Of a stretch of DNA of 46,083 bases, positions 36,868-46,083 are shown in pieces (within the stretch, counting starts at the first letter, position 1; each line of letters begins with the position of its first letter). The stretch lies in NCBI GenBank assembly GCA_032718475.1, contig JAUCBJ010001304.1, positions 1-46,083 of the forward strand, given 5' to 3'. The DNA comes from Nemertoderma westbladi (taxonomy: Eukaryota > Animalia > Xenacoelomorpha). The notes under the pieces were generated by a model that saw only the letters and a list, made by a program, of their open reading frames with translations, searched no databases and was not told the origin of the DNA. The position numbers and the translations under genes are program-made.

Positions 36868-38976
36868 ATGGATTTAAAAAATACAGATTTAAAATCTTTA
36901 AAAGCATCTAAACGAGGATTCAAAGCAGCTGTCACAAAAGCTCGAAATGCAGCATTGTCAGCAATACATGAATACGAAATGTTGGCAATAGATGAACGTG
37001 GATATCCCTCCTCAATATTTACTCGAATGAATGATTGGGATAAGAAATTCCAAAGGTTCCGTGACTGTGAGATGACTATAATTTGCCATCCTGAAGCATC
37101 CAATGGTGACGAAGATAAAGACATTGACAGCATCGAGGAACAACTTTTACAAGCACAAGAGAAATTATCAGCCTTTGAGGCAGCTGATAAAACACGCCAA
37201 CAACGGGATATTGCAATTGCTGCTGCAGCTGCTACTCCTGTTCAATTTACACACCCAGTTGGTGGAGGCAGTACCGGTACTAGAAGAAGTCAAGCTGATT
37301 TTCCGAAATTAACACCTCGCCGTCCACCAATTCTAGAATCTGATACTGATTTTAGAAAGTTTAGAGAATGGCGTCCATTATGGCGTAATTACCACAGTTT
37401 AATGGAATTCAATTTGCGTTCCCGAGAAACTCAAGTTGCTGCATTTTGGGATTGTTGCTCCCCAGGTTTTTTAAGAATCATTAACAGAACATTAAATATC
37501 CCAGCAGACACAGATGAAGAAGTTGAAGAAATTCACAACAATATTCTTCATTATCTCCGTTCCCTCCGAAACTGCAACTTAGATTGGCGTGCTTTACTAT
37601 CCATTCGACAAAAACATGGCCAATCATACACATCCCTCTGCAATGAAATTCAGGAGTTGGGTGAATACGCTAACACGGAGAAAGTAACAACTGACAGATT
37701 ACACACAGCCTTGTTGATATTGGCCATTTCTGATGAGGAAGACAATCAAAAATTAATTTCAAAAGACCCTCCACTCGATTTTAATGATTCCAGAAAATTC
37801 ATTACTTCTTTAGAATCGGCACGTGCGGCTTCAAAAAGTTTAAATGAAAGTGCTGAATCTTTTACAAACAAATGTCTTACATTTCATACAAAATCTGTAA
37901 ATGCTGGGAAAACGGAATATATTAAACGGAAGTGGAAAAATTTCGACAGAACAAAGACAAATAGAAATGAATCACAGAAAGAAGAGAGAAAAAATGCTGA
38001 AAAATTATCTAACAAACCCCGTTGCAATAGATGTGGTCAGTCAAACCACCAGTTTAATAAATGTCCAGCAATCAAGGCAAAATGCGTATCATGTGGTGGA
38101 TTAGGACTTTTTACAACTGTATGTCCAAGCAAAGCAATCATTGCCAATGCTAATATGGTAGAAGAAAATAATGATGATGAAAATATCTGTTTTGAAAGTA
38201 GCGATGAGGAACAAGAAGATGAATATAATACGAATTTGAATATTAATACCAATACAAAAATACCCTGTCAAACAATTGGCGATAAATTAACAATAACCGT
38301 TATTGAAAAATCTATACAACCATTGATAGCAGTCAACATTCAACCTGAAAATTGTTTATTTAGTTCTGAAGTTATTGCATTAGCAGATACAGGCGCAGGA
38401 GCTAATGTAATGGGTATTAAAACATTCAACGAGACCAGCTTCGCAAACAATTTTCCACTTGGCCCAAAATTGAATTGTAGAATATTATCAATAGGAGGAA
38501 CAACTTTAGAACAAGCTGGAACCTTTGTTGCAAACGTCACCATCAAAAACCACAATGCAATTGCATTAATTGTAGTTTGCTTCGATGTAGCAGGTTGTTA
38601 CTTGTCTCTCGAAACCTGTCGTGAATTACAAATTGTTAGTTCTCATTTCCCCTATCCCAAAAATGAGAATACTAATATAAATAACATAAAGAAGGACACA
38701 CAGCCATTATCTGATGTTTGGTCTGATCGAGAAAGTTGGATTAATGATCTGCCAAAAAACTGTTCAATGGATGATCAAATAATACTCGAAATCAATAATA
38801 AGCTAAAAACTGTATATTCTCAAGTCTTCGATGATTCAATCGAATTAAAAACTATGAAAGGTGGTGAAGTTGGAAGTCCGATGTCTATCAGTCTAAAGCA
38901 AGATGCTGTCCCCTATGCCATCCATACAGCTCGCCAAATACCATATGCTTTATTGGACAAAGTCAAAAAAACATAG
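36868..38976 (+). CDS. gag: Gypsy B Gag-protease (first ATG at 36868)
   Basis: CNRCGQSNHQFNKC and CVSCGGLGLFTTVC knuckles; protease motif LADTGAGANVM; ends in the RT N-terminal RQIPYALLDKVKK. Confidence 0.93.
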   Translation: MDLKNTDLKSLKASKRGFKAAVTKARNAALSAIHEYEMLAIDERGYPSSIFTRMNDWDKKFQRFRDCEMTIICHPEASNGDEDKDIDSIEEQLLQAQEKLSAFEAADKTRQQRDIAIAAAAATPVQFTHPVGGGSTGTRRSQADFPKLTPRRPPILESDTDFRKFREWRPLWRNYHSLMEFNLRSRETQVAAFWDCCSPGFLRIINRTLNIPADTDEEVEEIHNNILHYLRSLRNCNLDWRALLSIRQKHGQSYTSLCNEIQELGEYANTEKVTTDRLHTALLILAISDEEDNQKLISKDPPLDFNDSRKFITSLESARAASKSLNESAESFTNKCLTFHTKSVNAGKTEYIKRKWKNFDRTKTNRNESQKEERKNAEKLSNKPRCNRCGQSNHQFNKCPAIKAKCVSCGGLGLFTTVCPSKAIIANANMVEENNDDENICFESSDEEQEDEYNTNLNINTNTKIPCQTIGDKLTITVIEKSIQPLIAVNIQPENCLFSSEVIALADTGAGANVMGIKTFNETSFANNFPLGPKLNCRILSIGGTTLEQAGTFVANVTIKNHNAIALIVVCFDVAGCYLSLETCRELQIVSSHFPYPKNENTNINNIKKDTQPLSDVWSDRESWINDLPKNCSMDDQIILEINNKLKTVYSQVFDDSIELKTMKGGEVGSPMSISLKQDAVPYAIHTARQIPYALLDKVKKT

Positions 38977-38981
38977 AGTAT

Positions 38982-41591
38982 ATGATCAAAAGCAAAATAA
39001 TTGAGTCAGTAGGAGATATACCAACGAAGTGGTGTCATCCACTAGTCGTCATCCCCAAACCAAATGGTGATGTCAGATTATGTGTTGATTTAACGAAACT
39101 AAACAACCAAGTTCAAAGAACTTCTTATCATACCAAAACTCCCGCTGAGGCGATTAACGGATTTACACCAACAGATAAATATTTCGCCAAATTGGATTTC
39201 ACTAAGGGTTATTGGCAGATGGAATTAGATTCAACCTCACAAGATTTAACAGTTTTCATAACACCATTTGGCAAGTTCAAATTCTTGAGATCCCCAATGG
39301 GTTTTGTATCCACTGGGGATAGTTACTCATATTGTGGCGACTGTGCTCTCACAGGATTAAATGTGAATAAAGTTATAGATGATGTTGGCATCGGAGCTCC
39401 CACACTCCAAGAATTGGTACGCATAGTATGTAATGTTCTAGAAAGATGCAATAAACATAACATCAACATAAATAAAGATAAAAGTATCTTATGTAGCAAT
39501 AAAATAAATTTTGTTGGATATTCCATTTCACATGGTTCCATTAGAGCAGACAAAAAAAAAATTGATGCAATCTCTGATTTCCCAACCCCTTGTAGTCGAA
39601 CCGACCTGAGAAGTTTTCTAGGATTAACAAATCAATTGGGATCATTTTGTAAAGAAATCGCAGCTGTAGCCAGCCCACTTCGCCAGCTCCTACAAACAAA
39701 GAATGAATTTATGTGGCTCCAAGAACATACTAACATATTTGAAAATTTGAAAAAATTACTTGTATCACCACCCATACTTGGAATGTTCGACCCATCAGCA
39801 GAAACATCACTCCAAACTGATGCATCCCGTTCCCATGGACTTGGTTTTGCGTTATTGCAAAAACAGGATAACGAATGGCGACTAATACAATGTGGTAGTC
39901 GATTCATTCGAGATGTAGAGACACGTTATGCTGCAGTAGAACTGGAGGCTCTGGCTATTCTTTGGGCCATTAAGAAGTGTCACGTCTACTTAGCGGGTTT
40001 ACCATCCTTCCAAGTTATCACTGATCATAAACCCCTTGTATCGCTATTCAACCAATATGGTCTAGTCGATATAGAAAACACTCGTGTATTAAATTACCGT
40101 TCCAAACTCACACCATATAGTTTCACCGTATGTTGGAAAAGAGGAAAAGAGCATTTCATTCCAGATGCCCTTTCAAGGGCCCCGACGAGTGAACCACAGG
40201 AAGACGACTATTTCATTGATGAACTTATCGCTGAACAATCAGAATTGATTGTTAATGTCACAATAACTTCTGCAAATGAAATACCTGATCTAATATTAGA
40301 TGACCTTCGAGAAAATGCTCAAAAAGACCCAGATTACAGACAACTTATTCTTGCAATTTTAAATCATTTCCCATCTTCTATTAAGTCTGACTACATTGAA
40401 CAGTTTAAAAACATTAAAGACGAACTGTCATTAGATGAAAATTTAATTCTCCGTGGCTGTCAAATTGTAATACCACCAAATTCAGTAAAAAATATATTAC
40501 ATCGATTACATGCTAGCCATCAAGGTATTGAAAAAACTAAACGTCGTGCAAGGCAAACTGTATATTGGCCAGGATATACATATGACATAATTAAAACAAT
40601 TGAATCATGTCATGATTGTCAACTCTACCGCCCGTTACAAATCCAGGAGCCAATGATACAACGGGATATTCCACCAAGAGCATTTGTATCTGTATCGACA
40701 GATTTTTATGAATATGCGGGTCAACATTACATTATTATAGCTGACAGATATTCAGGATATACTACAACAGAAAAATTTGTTAGCCATCCATCATCTACTG
40801 ATACAATTTCTGTGTTCAAACGTTACTTTTCTATGACTGGTATTCCAAATGAGTTGTCTTCAGATCAAGGTCCTCAATTTGCTTCAGAAGAAATGCAGTT
40901 ATTCTTTAAACAATGGGGAATTACTTGGTCACCATCTTCTCCTAGATACCCAAAAGGGAATGGCCACGCTGAAGTCAATGTAAAGAAAATGAAATATTTA
41001 TTAGCAAAAACAGGAGGTGATATTACAAGCAATGAATATATAGCTGGTGTGATCGAATTATTGAATACTCCGAACAAGGACGGATTGCCACCTTCACAGC
41101 GAGTATTTGGACACCCTACAAGGTCTCTACTCCCTGTTCATTGGCAATATTATTCTGCTGATTGGCAGAAAAGTGCAGACAAAGCGGATTGTTCACGACT
41201 AAAAAATGCAGTAAAGAGACAATTTTACCACGATCGTTCTGCTGTTGCGTTGACCCCGATCGAGAATGGTACAACAGTTCTTGTACAAAATCCAGTCACC
41301 AAACGATGGGATCGTTTAGCCACAGTTATTGATACCTCGAACCATCGGAGATATCGGATCAAACTTGAATCTGGTCGAGCATTGTATCGAAATCGACTCT
41401 TCTTGCGACCTGTTCAGCAGGAGCTTTGCGGTTCAGAGTGGAAACATATACAAAGAAACACTAATGCAAACGAGACGAATCAAATGATTCCAGTACAATC
41501 AGACTCATCATGGAATTCAGTTCGAAGGAGCACCCGGCAGCAAGTTAAGCCCGATAAACTGATCTACAAGCGTTTGGATAGTCCCAAATAA
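38982..41591 (+). CDS. pol: Gypsy B Pol (RT, RNase H, integrase)
   Basis: VRLCVDLTKLN, LDFTKGYWQ, KVIDD; RNase H TDAS...ELEALAI...TDHKPL; integrase H-H-C-C finger, STDFY, SDQGPQF, GNGHAE. Confidence 0.96.
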   Translation: MIKSKIIESVGDIPTKWCHPLVVIPKPNGDVRLCVDLTKLNNQVQRTSYHTKTPAEAINGFTPTDKYFAKLDFTKGYWQMELDSTSQDLTVFITPFGKFKFLRSPMGFVSTGDSYSYCGDCALTGLNVNKVIDDVGIGAPTLQELVRIVCNVLERCNKHNININKDKSILCSNKINFVGYSISHGSIRADKKKIDAISDFPTPCSRTDLRSFLGLTNQLGSFCKEIAAVASPLRQLLQTKNEFMWLQEHTNIFENLKKLLVSPPILGMFDPSAETSLQTDASRSHGLGFALLQKQDNEWRLIQCGSRFIRDVETRYAAVELEALAILWAIKKCHVYLAGLPSFQVITDHKPLVSLFNQYGLVDIENTRVLNYRSKLTPYSFTVCWKRGKEHFIPDALSRAPTSEPQEDDYFIDELIAEQSELIVNVTITSANEIPDLILDDLRENAQKDPDYRQLILAILNHFPSSIKSDYIEQFKNIKDELSLDENLILRGCQIVIPPNSVKNILHRLHASHQGIEKTKRRARQTVYWPGYTYDIIKTIESCHDCQLYRPLQIQEPMIQRDIPPRAFVSVSTDFYEYAGQHYIIIADRYSGYTTTEKFVSHPSSTDTISVFKRYFSMTGIPNELSSDQGPQFASEEMQLFFKQWGITWSPSSPRYPKGNGHAEVNVKKMKYLLAKTGGDITSNEYIAGVIELLNTPNKDGLPPSQRVFGHPTRSLLPVHWQYYSADWQKSADKADCSRLKNAVKRQFYHDRSAVALTPIENGTTVLVQNPVTKRWDRLATVIDTSNHRRYRIKLESGRALYRNRLFLRPVQQELCGSEWKHIQRNTNANETNQMIPVQSDSSWNSVRRSTRQQVKPDKLIYKRLDSPK

Positions 41592-41714
41592 CTACATAAT
41601 ATATTACCAGTTTTAAGTATTCTAAAACATTTAACTGAGTTAAGTTATATTTCGATATATTCATTACTTGATTAATTTAATACTAGCAATGAATATATCT
41701 TTATGAAAGGGAGT

Positions 41715-41889
41715 TGGGAGATATTAATATAATGGTGGAGGTCATTACAAACCTTAGTAGGACCTAAGTCGATTCCTACTGGGGTACTTTACTACTACCG
41801 GTATCATTTAGTCCAAACTGCAATATAATATATCTTGTTGGAACATTGCTATTTATTGTTCAGTTGACTGCCTATGGCAGAACATACCA
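41715..41889 (+). repeat. 3' LTR of Gypsy B (175 bp)
   Basis: Differs from the 5' LTR by one substitution near the start and one small compound indel (actactaccggta vs actggggta). Confidence 0.97.
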
Positions 41890-41894
41890 CATCT

Positions 41895-44800
41895 AAACTA
41901 CAGACTCCATATTTCCCAAGACACCAAACTCACTATGGAGGACATAATATTTCGCATACATGAACACCTTCGCGCAGAACAAAACGTGGCGGTTGATCGC
42001 TATGAACTCGTCCGCCAGAAACAGGACGAGGGACAAACTTTCGACGATTTCTATATTAAACTGTCAGAAATGGCAGACGATGCGCAGGTCGAAAAGATGA
42101 CGAAGGACGACTGGTTAACGACACTAGTCGTATGCGGAATTCGCGACGAGGAAACACGCGAGGAACTTTTCGGTAAACGACCGACCTATAATCTAGAACA
42201 AACTCTAGAATTCTGCAGAAATCGCGAACTCGCCTTTAAGGAAACCCAACGCCTTAAACACCGCATCGGCACCATACAACAACCCGGTCGCGCTGGCCCA
42301 GATCGACCAGGGCGTCCCAAATACCGGTTGCAGAGCCAATATAAACGGGGTAAAAGTGGCGGCCAATCGCAGTCGTACGGTTGCAACACCGCTTCCGTTG
42401 TATGGAGAACGAAGGAAGCGGGTGAATGTATATACTGTGGCGGCTCATGGCCGCATTCGAACGACAAACCCTGCACGGCGGCTGGAAAAATCTGCAAAAA
42501 CTGTGGGAAAAAAGGCCATTCGCATCAAAGTGCCTTTTTAAGAAATATACAAAAATGGCTCAAACTTCCGGAGCAATTTCAATCACCGATATACACGAAT
42601 ACATGGATGCACGCTGGAGACCCTTAATCAGCATCATTTTCCGGGAATCTGGGGAATACCTCGATAACCGGAGCTGCGTGGCCGACACCGGAGCGCAGGT
42701 TACAGCAGCGAGCAGTAAATTCGTGGGGGACTGGGGAATACGTAACAAACTGGTAGCGCCAGATTGTCCTTTAGAAACTGCAAATAAAACTCCTATACAG
42801 TGCGAGGGACGCGCACTCATAGAACTCTCTATTAAAGGTAAATGCCATAAGGAGTGGGTATACTTCTGCCCAGAAATAAAACCATACGATATTTATATTT
42901 CACTCCTTGCCTGTAAAGGACTGGGAATCGTTCACTCTGAATTCCCCACTCCGTTACATTGTGTAGGGAAACCTACACATACCACAACAAAGGACCACTA
43001 CATTGGCATCCACGCAGTGGAGGAACACAGCGAAATAAACTCCCCTCACGTTCCCAAATTCACAAACAAACACACCATAAACAGTCCAATGTCTGAATCC
43101 TCCATTTACAACCAACAAAAGGTGCAACTTCTGGAGGAATATTCAGATGTGTTTGGTTCCGGCGGACAATTACCGACAATGTCCGGCCACCAATGGAAAT
43201 CAAACTGGTGGACAAAGTCACGCCATTCCGGATAAACGCAGCTCGTTCGATCCCTCTACCTGTCAGGGACAAAGCGAAAACTGAACTCGAGGACATGCTC
43301 GAAAAGGGCATTATCGAACGCGTTGGTGACCGCCCTGTGGAGTGGTGCCACCCAATTGTGGTGTGCAGGAAACCAAATCGTCCGGGAGAGGTAAGAATTA
43401 CCATCGATTTAACACACCTGAACAAACAGGTGCAACGTACTGTACATAATTCCAGAACACCGCAGGATATCGTTGCAGATCGTACTGTCGGGGCCAATTT
43501 ATTTACAACTCTAGACGCTCGTTCTGGATATTGGCAGGTTGAGTTGAAGGAGGACTCACGTGACCTTACAGCGTTCTTAACTCCCTGGGGACGGTTTCGC
43601 TTCTGCCGAGCCCCAATGGGATTTATAAGCGCCGGTGACTCATACAATTATCGCGGAGATCTAGTGCTAGATGGCGTGTCACAAGTCCACAAATGCGTGG
43701 ACGACATACTGGTTGAGGACGGCAAATTCCAATGACCACATAACGCGTGTCCATGCTGTCCTAGATCGCTGTCGCGGCGCAGGTATAACTTTACATCCTG
43801 GAAAATTTCACTTTGCGCAACCCAAAGTCAAATTCGCAGGTTTCATAATATCCGCTGACGGAACAGAAGCGGATCCCGATAAACTGAAAGCGATTTCCGC
43901 TTTCCCAACACCTACAAACATCACGGACTTACGAAGTTTCGTGGGACTCGTGAATCAGTTGGGATGCTTTTCGAGTGATCTCTCAACTGCAGCAACTCCA
44001 TTAGGGATCTTTTACGTACTCGCAACAATTTCCTATGGACCGCGAACCACGAGGAAGCATTCAACCACGTGAAACAATTACTTATCGAACCGCCGATCCT
44101 AGCTCCATTCAATTTACATGCTCAGACTAAACTAGAAACCGACGCCAGTCGCTTACATGGTCTTTCGTCTGATTCCGACCTTTTACAACTTCACGGCACT
44201 GATTGGAAACTGGTCGCCTGTGGAAGTCGATTTCTGAGTGATCCAGAAACTCGTTATTCCACGATCGAGTTGGAGTGTATCGCTATTAAATACGGTATGA
44301 ACAACTGCCGCATTTATCTTGCCGGGTTGAAAACATTTACAGTCGTAACCGACCACCGGCCATTGTTGACCATATTTAACCAATACACTGCCGACCAGAT
44401 CGAGAACACAAAAATACAAAAGATCAAATCTGATCTTCAATCCCAGTACCAATTCCGTGTCGAGTGGCAAAAAGGTAAAACACATCGAATAGCCGATTGC
44501 CTCAGCCGCTCACCCATTGACGACCCGGATGAACCCGATCCGGATGATTCCTCACACTCCGTGAACATTGTAAATTCCTTATCCATTGACGGTAAGAACG
44601 GAGACTCAGCTGGAGATCCACTGGTTAACGAACTCCAGGCTGCGGCGAATAACGATAAAGGGTACAACGAGTTCATTCGGGAAATACAGGAGGGCTTCCA
44701 GAACAAACACCTAGCATCACCCTACATACACAACTTCCGTTCTATTTTCAACGAACTGTCAATATATAATGGACTCGTACTATACAACAATCGGATTGTC

Positions 44801-45955
44801 ATCCCACCTAACTGTAAACAAAATATTTTGGCACGACTTCACTCCTCCCACCAAGGGATTACACATACTAAACAGCGTGCACGAAAACTTGTTTACTGGC
44901 CAGGTATGGGAGCAGATATCGAACGCACCGTTAAACAATGCAACCGTTGCCAGGAACTCCTTCCCAGTCTTCCAAAGGAGACACTGATGGCGGACGACCT
45001 CCCAAGCAGACCCTTCGAGTCTGTCTCATCCGATCTTTTCTACCTCGGGGGAAAACATTTCCTTATATACACATTCATTGTTCATCATATACACAATCAT
45101 ATATTCATTGTTTATGAATGGCGAGATGACCCCACATCCCAACAGGTCGCCTACGTAATCCGCAAATATTTTGTGGACCTCGGAGTTCCCAACGTGTTCC
45201 GAGCGGATGGAGGTCCCCAGTTTGCTTCACATTCATTCGGAGCATTCCTTAAACGGTGGGGTGTACTTTTAGTTACGGGCACTCCACATTACCCACAAAG
45301 CAATGGCCATGCGGAGGCCAGCGTTAAACAAATCAAATATCTGCTCCGCAAAATGCCTCATTGCAACATACACTCAGAAGAATTCGAGGAAGGGCTCCTC
45401 GAGCTTCGTAATGCTCCATGTCCCGATGGCCGGTCGCCTAACGAAGTCGTTTTCGGCCGACTATTGCGATCAAGAATCCCAGCCCATCATACAGCTTATG
45501 CGCAGAACTGGCAAGACGTTGCGGATGCAGCAGATAAACTGATCTGATCTACTGAAACTGATCTACTTCAAAAATCAACAAACATTTATAACCGCTCTGC
45601 CCACAACCTACCCCCACTCAAAGTTGGAACCGATGTGTATATTCAGGACCCGCGATCAAAACGTTGGTCACACACAGGTACTATTGTGAGCGTGGGAGGA
45701 AAACGTGACTACCGTGTCAAGTTAGCATCCTGCAGAACGTGGTGGAGGAACCGTCGTTTCCTTCGACAAGTTTATAAAGTTGAGGAACCAATGAACCAAT
45801 CAAACGATACACCGATGGACGAAACTAGCGGTGACGAATCGAAAGTAAATAAAACTGAAAGTATTTCTGTCCCTCGACGTAGTACACGAAAACGTAAAAC
45901 TATTATTCGTTGGGGTATAAACAATATTCATTATTATAATCAAGCAGACTATTAA
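41895..45955 (+). pseudogene. pol: Gypsy A gag C-terminal part plus pol, multiply frameshifted
   Basis: CIYCGGSWPH...C and CKNCGKKGH knuckles, ADTGAQV protease, IDLTHLN / LDARSGYWQ / KCVDD RT, TDAS / TDHRPL RNase H, HHCC and DGGPQF / SNGHAE integrase, spread over six track ORFs. Confidence 0.93.
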
Positions 45956-46011
45956 CTGCGATCTAAACTGGCACATATGTAAACCAGTATAGATCGTGGG
46001 GGAAAAGGAGA

Positions 46012-46083
46012 TGATATATACTGTACTGTACTGCGTTATACTGTACATATATTACTTTGGTGTATCCCAACTACAGAACTAAA
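46012..46083 (+). repeat. 3' LTR of Gypsy A (partial, runs off the window)
   Basis: Matches 35197-35268 and follows the PPT. Confidence 0.95.

Larger units (their letters stand above)
36103..41889 (+). mobile_element. Gypsy/Ty3 LTR retrotransposon B (inner, complete, nearly intact)
   Basis: LTRs 36103-36273 and 41715-41889, TSD CATCT (36098-36102 and 41890-41894), PBS TGGCGCTGCG at 36274, short PPT gaaagggag at 41705-13. Confidence 0.97.
35197..46083 (+). mobile_element. Gypsy/Ty3 LTR retrotransposon A (outer, decayed, Mag-like)
   Basis: 5' LTR 35197-35434, PBS TGGCGCAGT at 35435, gag-PR-RT-RH-INT order, PPT gggggaaaaggaga at 45998-46011, 3' LTR from 46012 to the window edge. Confidence 0.95.

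Overview
This is AT-rich eukaryotic (animal-like) genomic DNA, roughly two thirds of it transposable elements and tandem repeats. A host DUF4795-family (QRICH2/C16orf96-like) gene runs on the minus strand. I can place seven phase-compatible GT-AG exons between 11971 and 19836 (1335 nt, 445 codons), but not its first or last exons. Elements from left to right: (1) the 5' part of a BEL/Pao LTR retrotransposon with a very long gag that runs off the window edge and is absent from the ORF track; (2) a foldback element with outward-facing tRNA-Gly-like cassettes; (3) 55-, 30-, 33- and 39-bp minisatellites; (4) two copies of one RTE-group LINE; (5) a decayed CRE-type restriction-like-endonuclease non-LTR element; (6) a stack of LINE, Penelope, Gypsy A and Gypsy B, with Gypsy B nearly intact. 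The most unusual feature is a 2.58-kb Tc1/mariner-type unit (about 98-bp TIRs, TA flanks, no transposase seen) enclosing a full-length, intronless, decayed eIF3k coding sequence, a candidate Pack-TIR gene capture. All calls come from reading the sequence by eye and from remembered family motifs; no searches were run.
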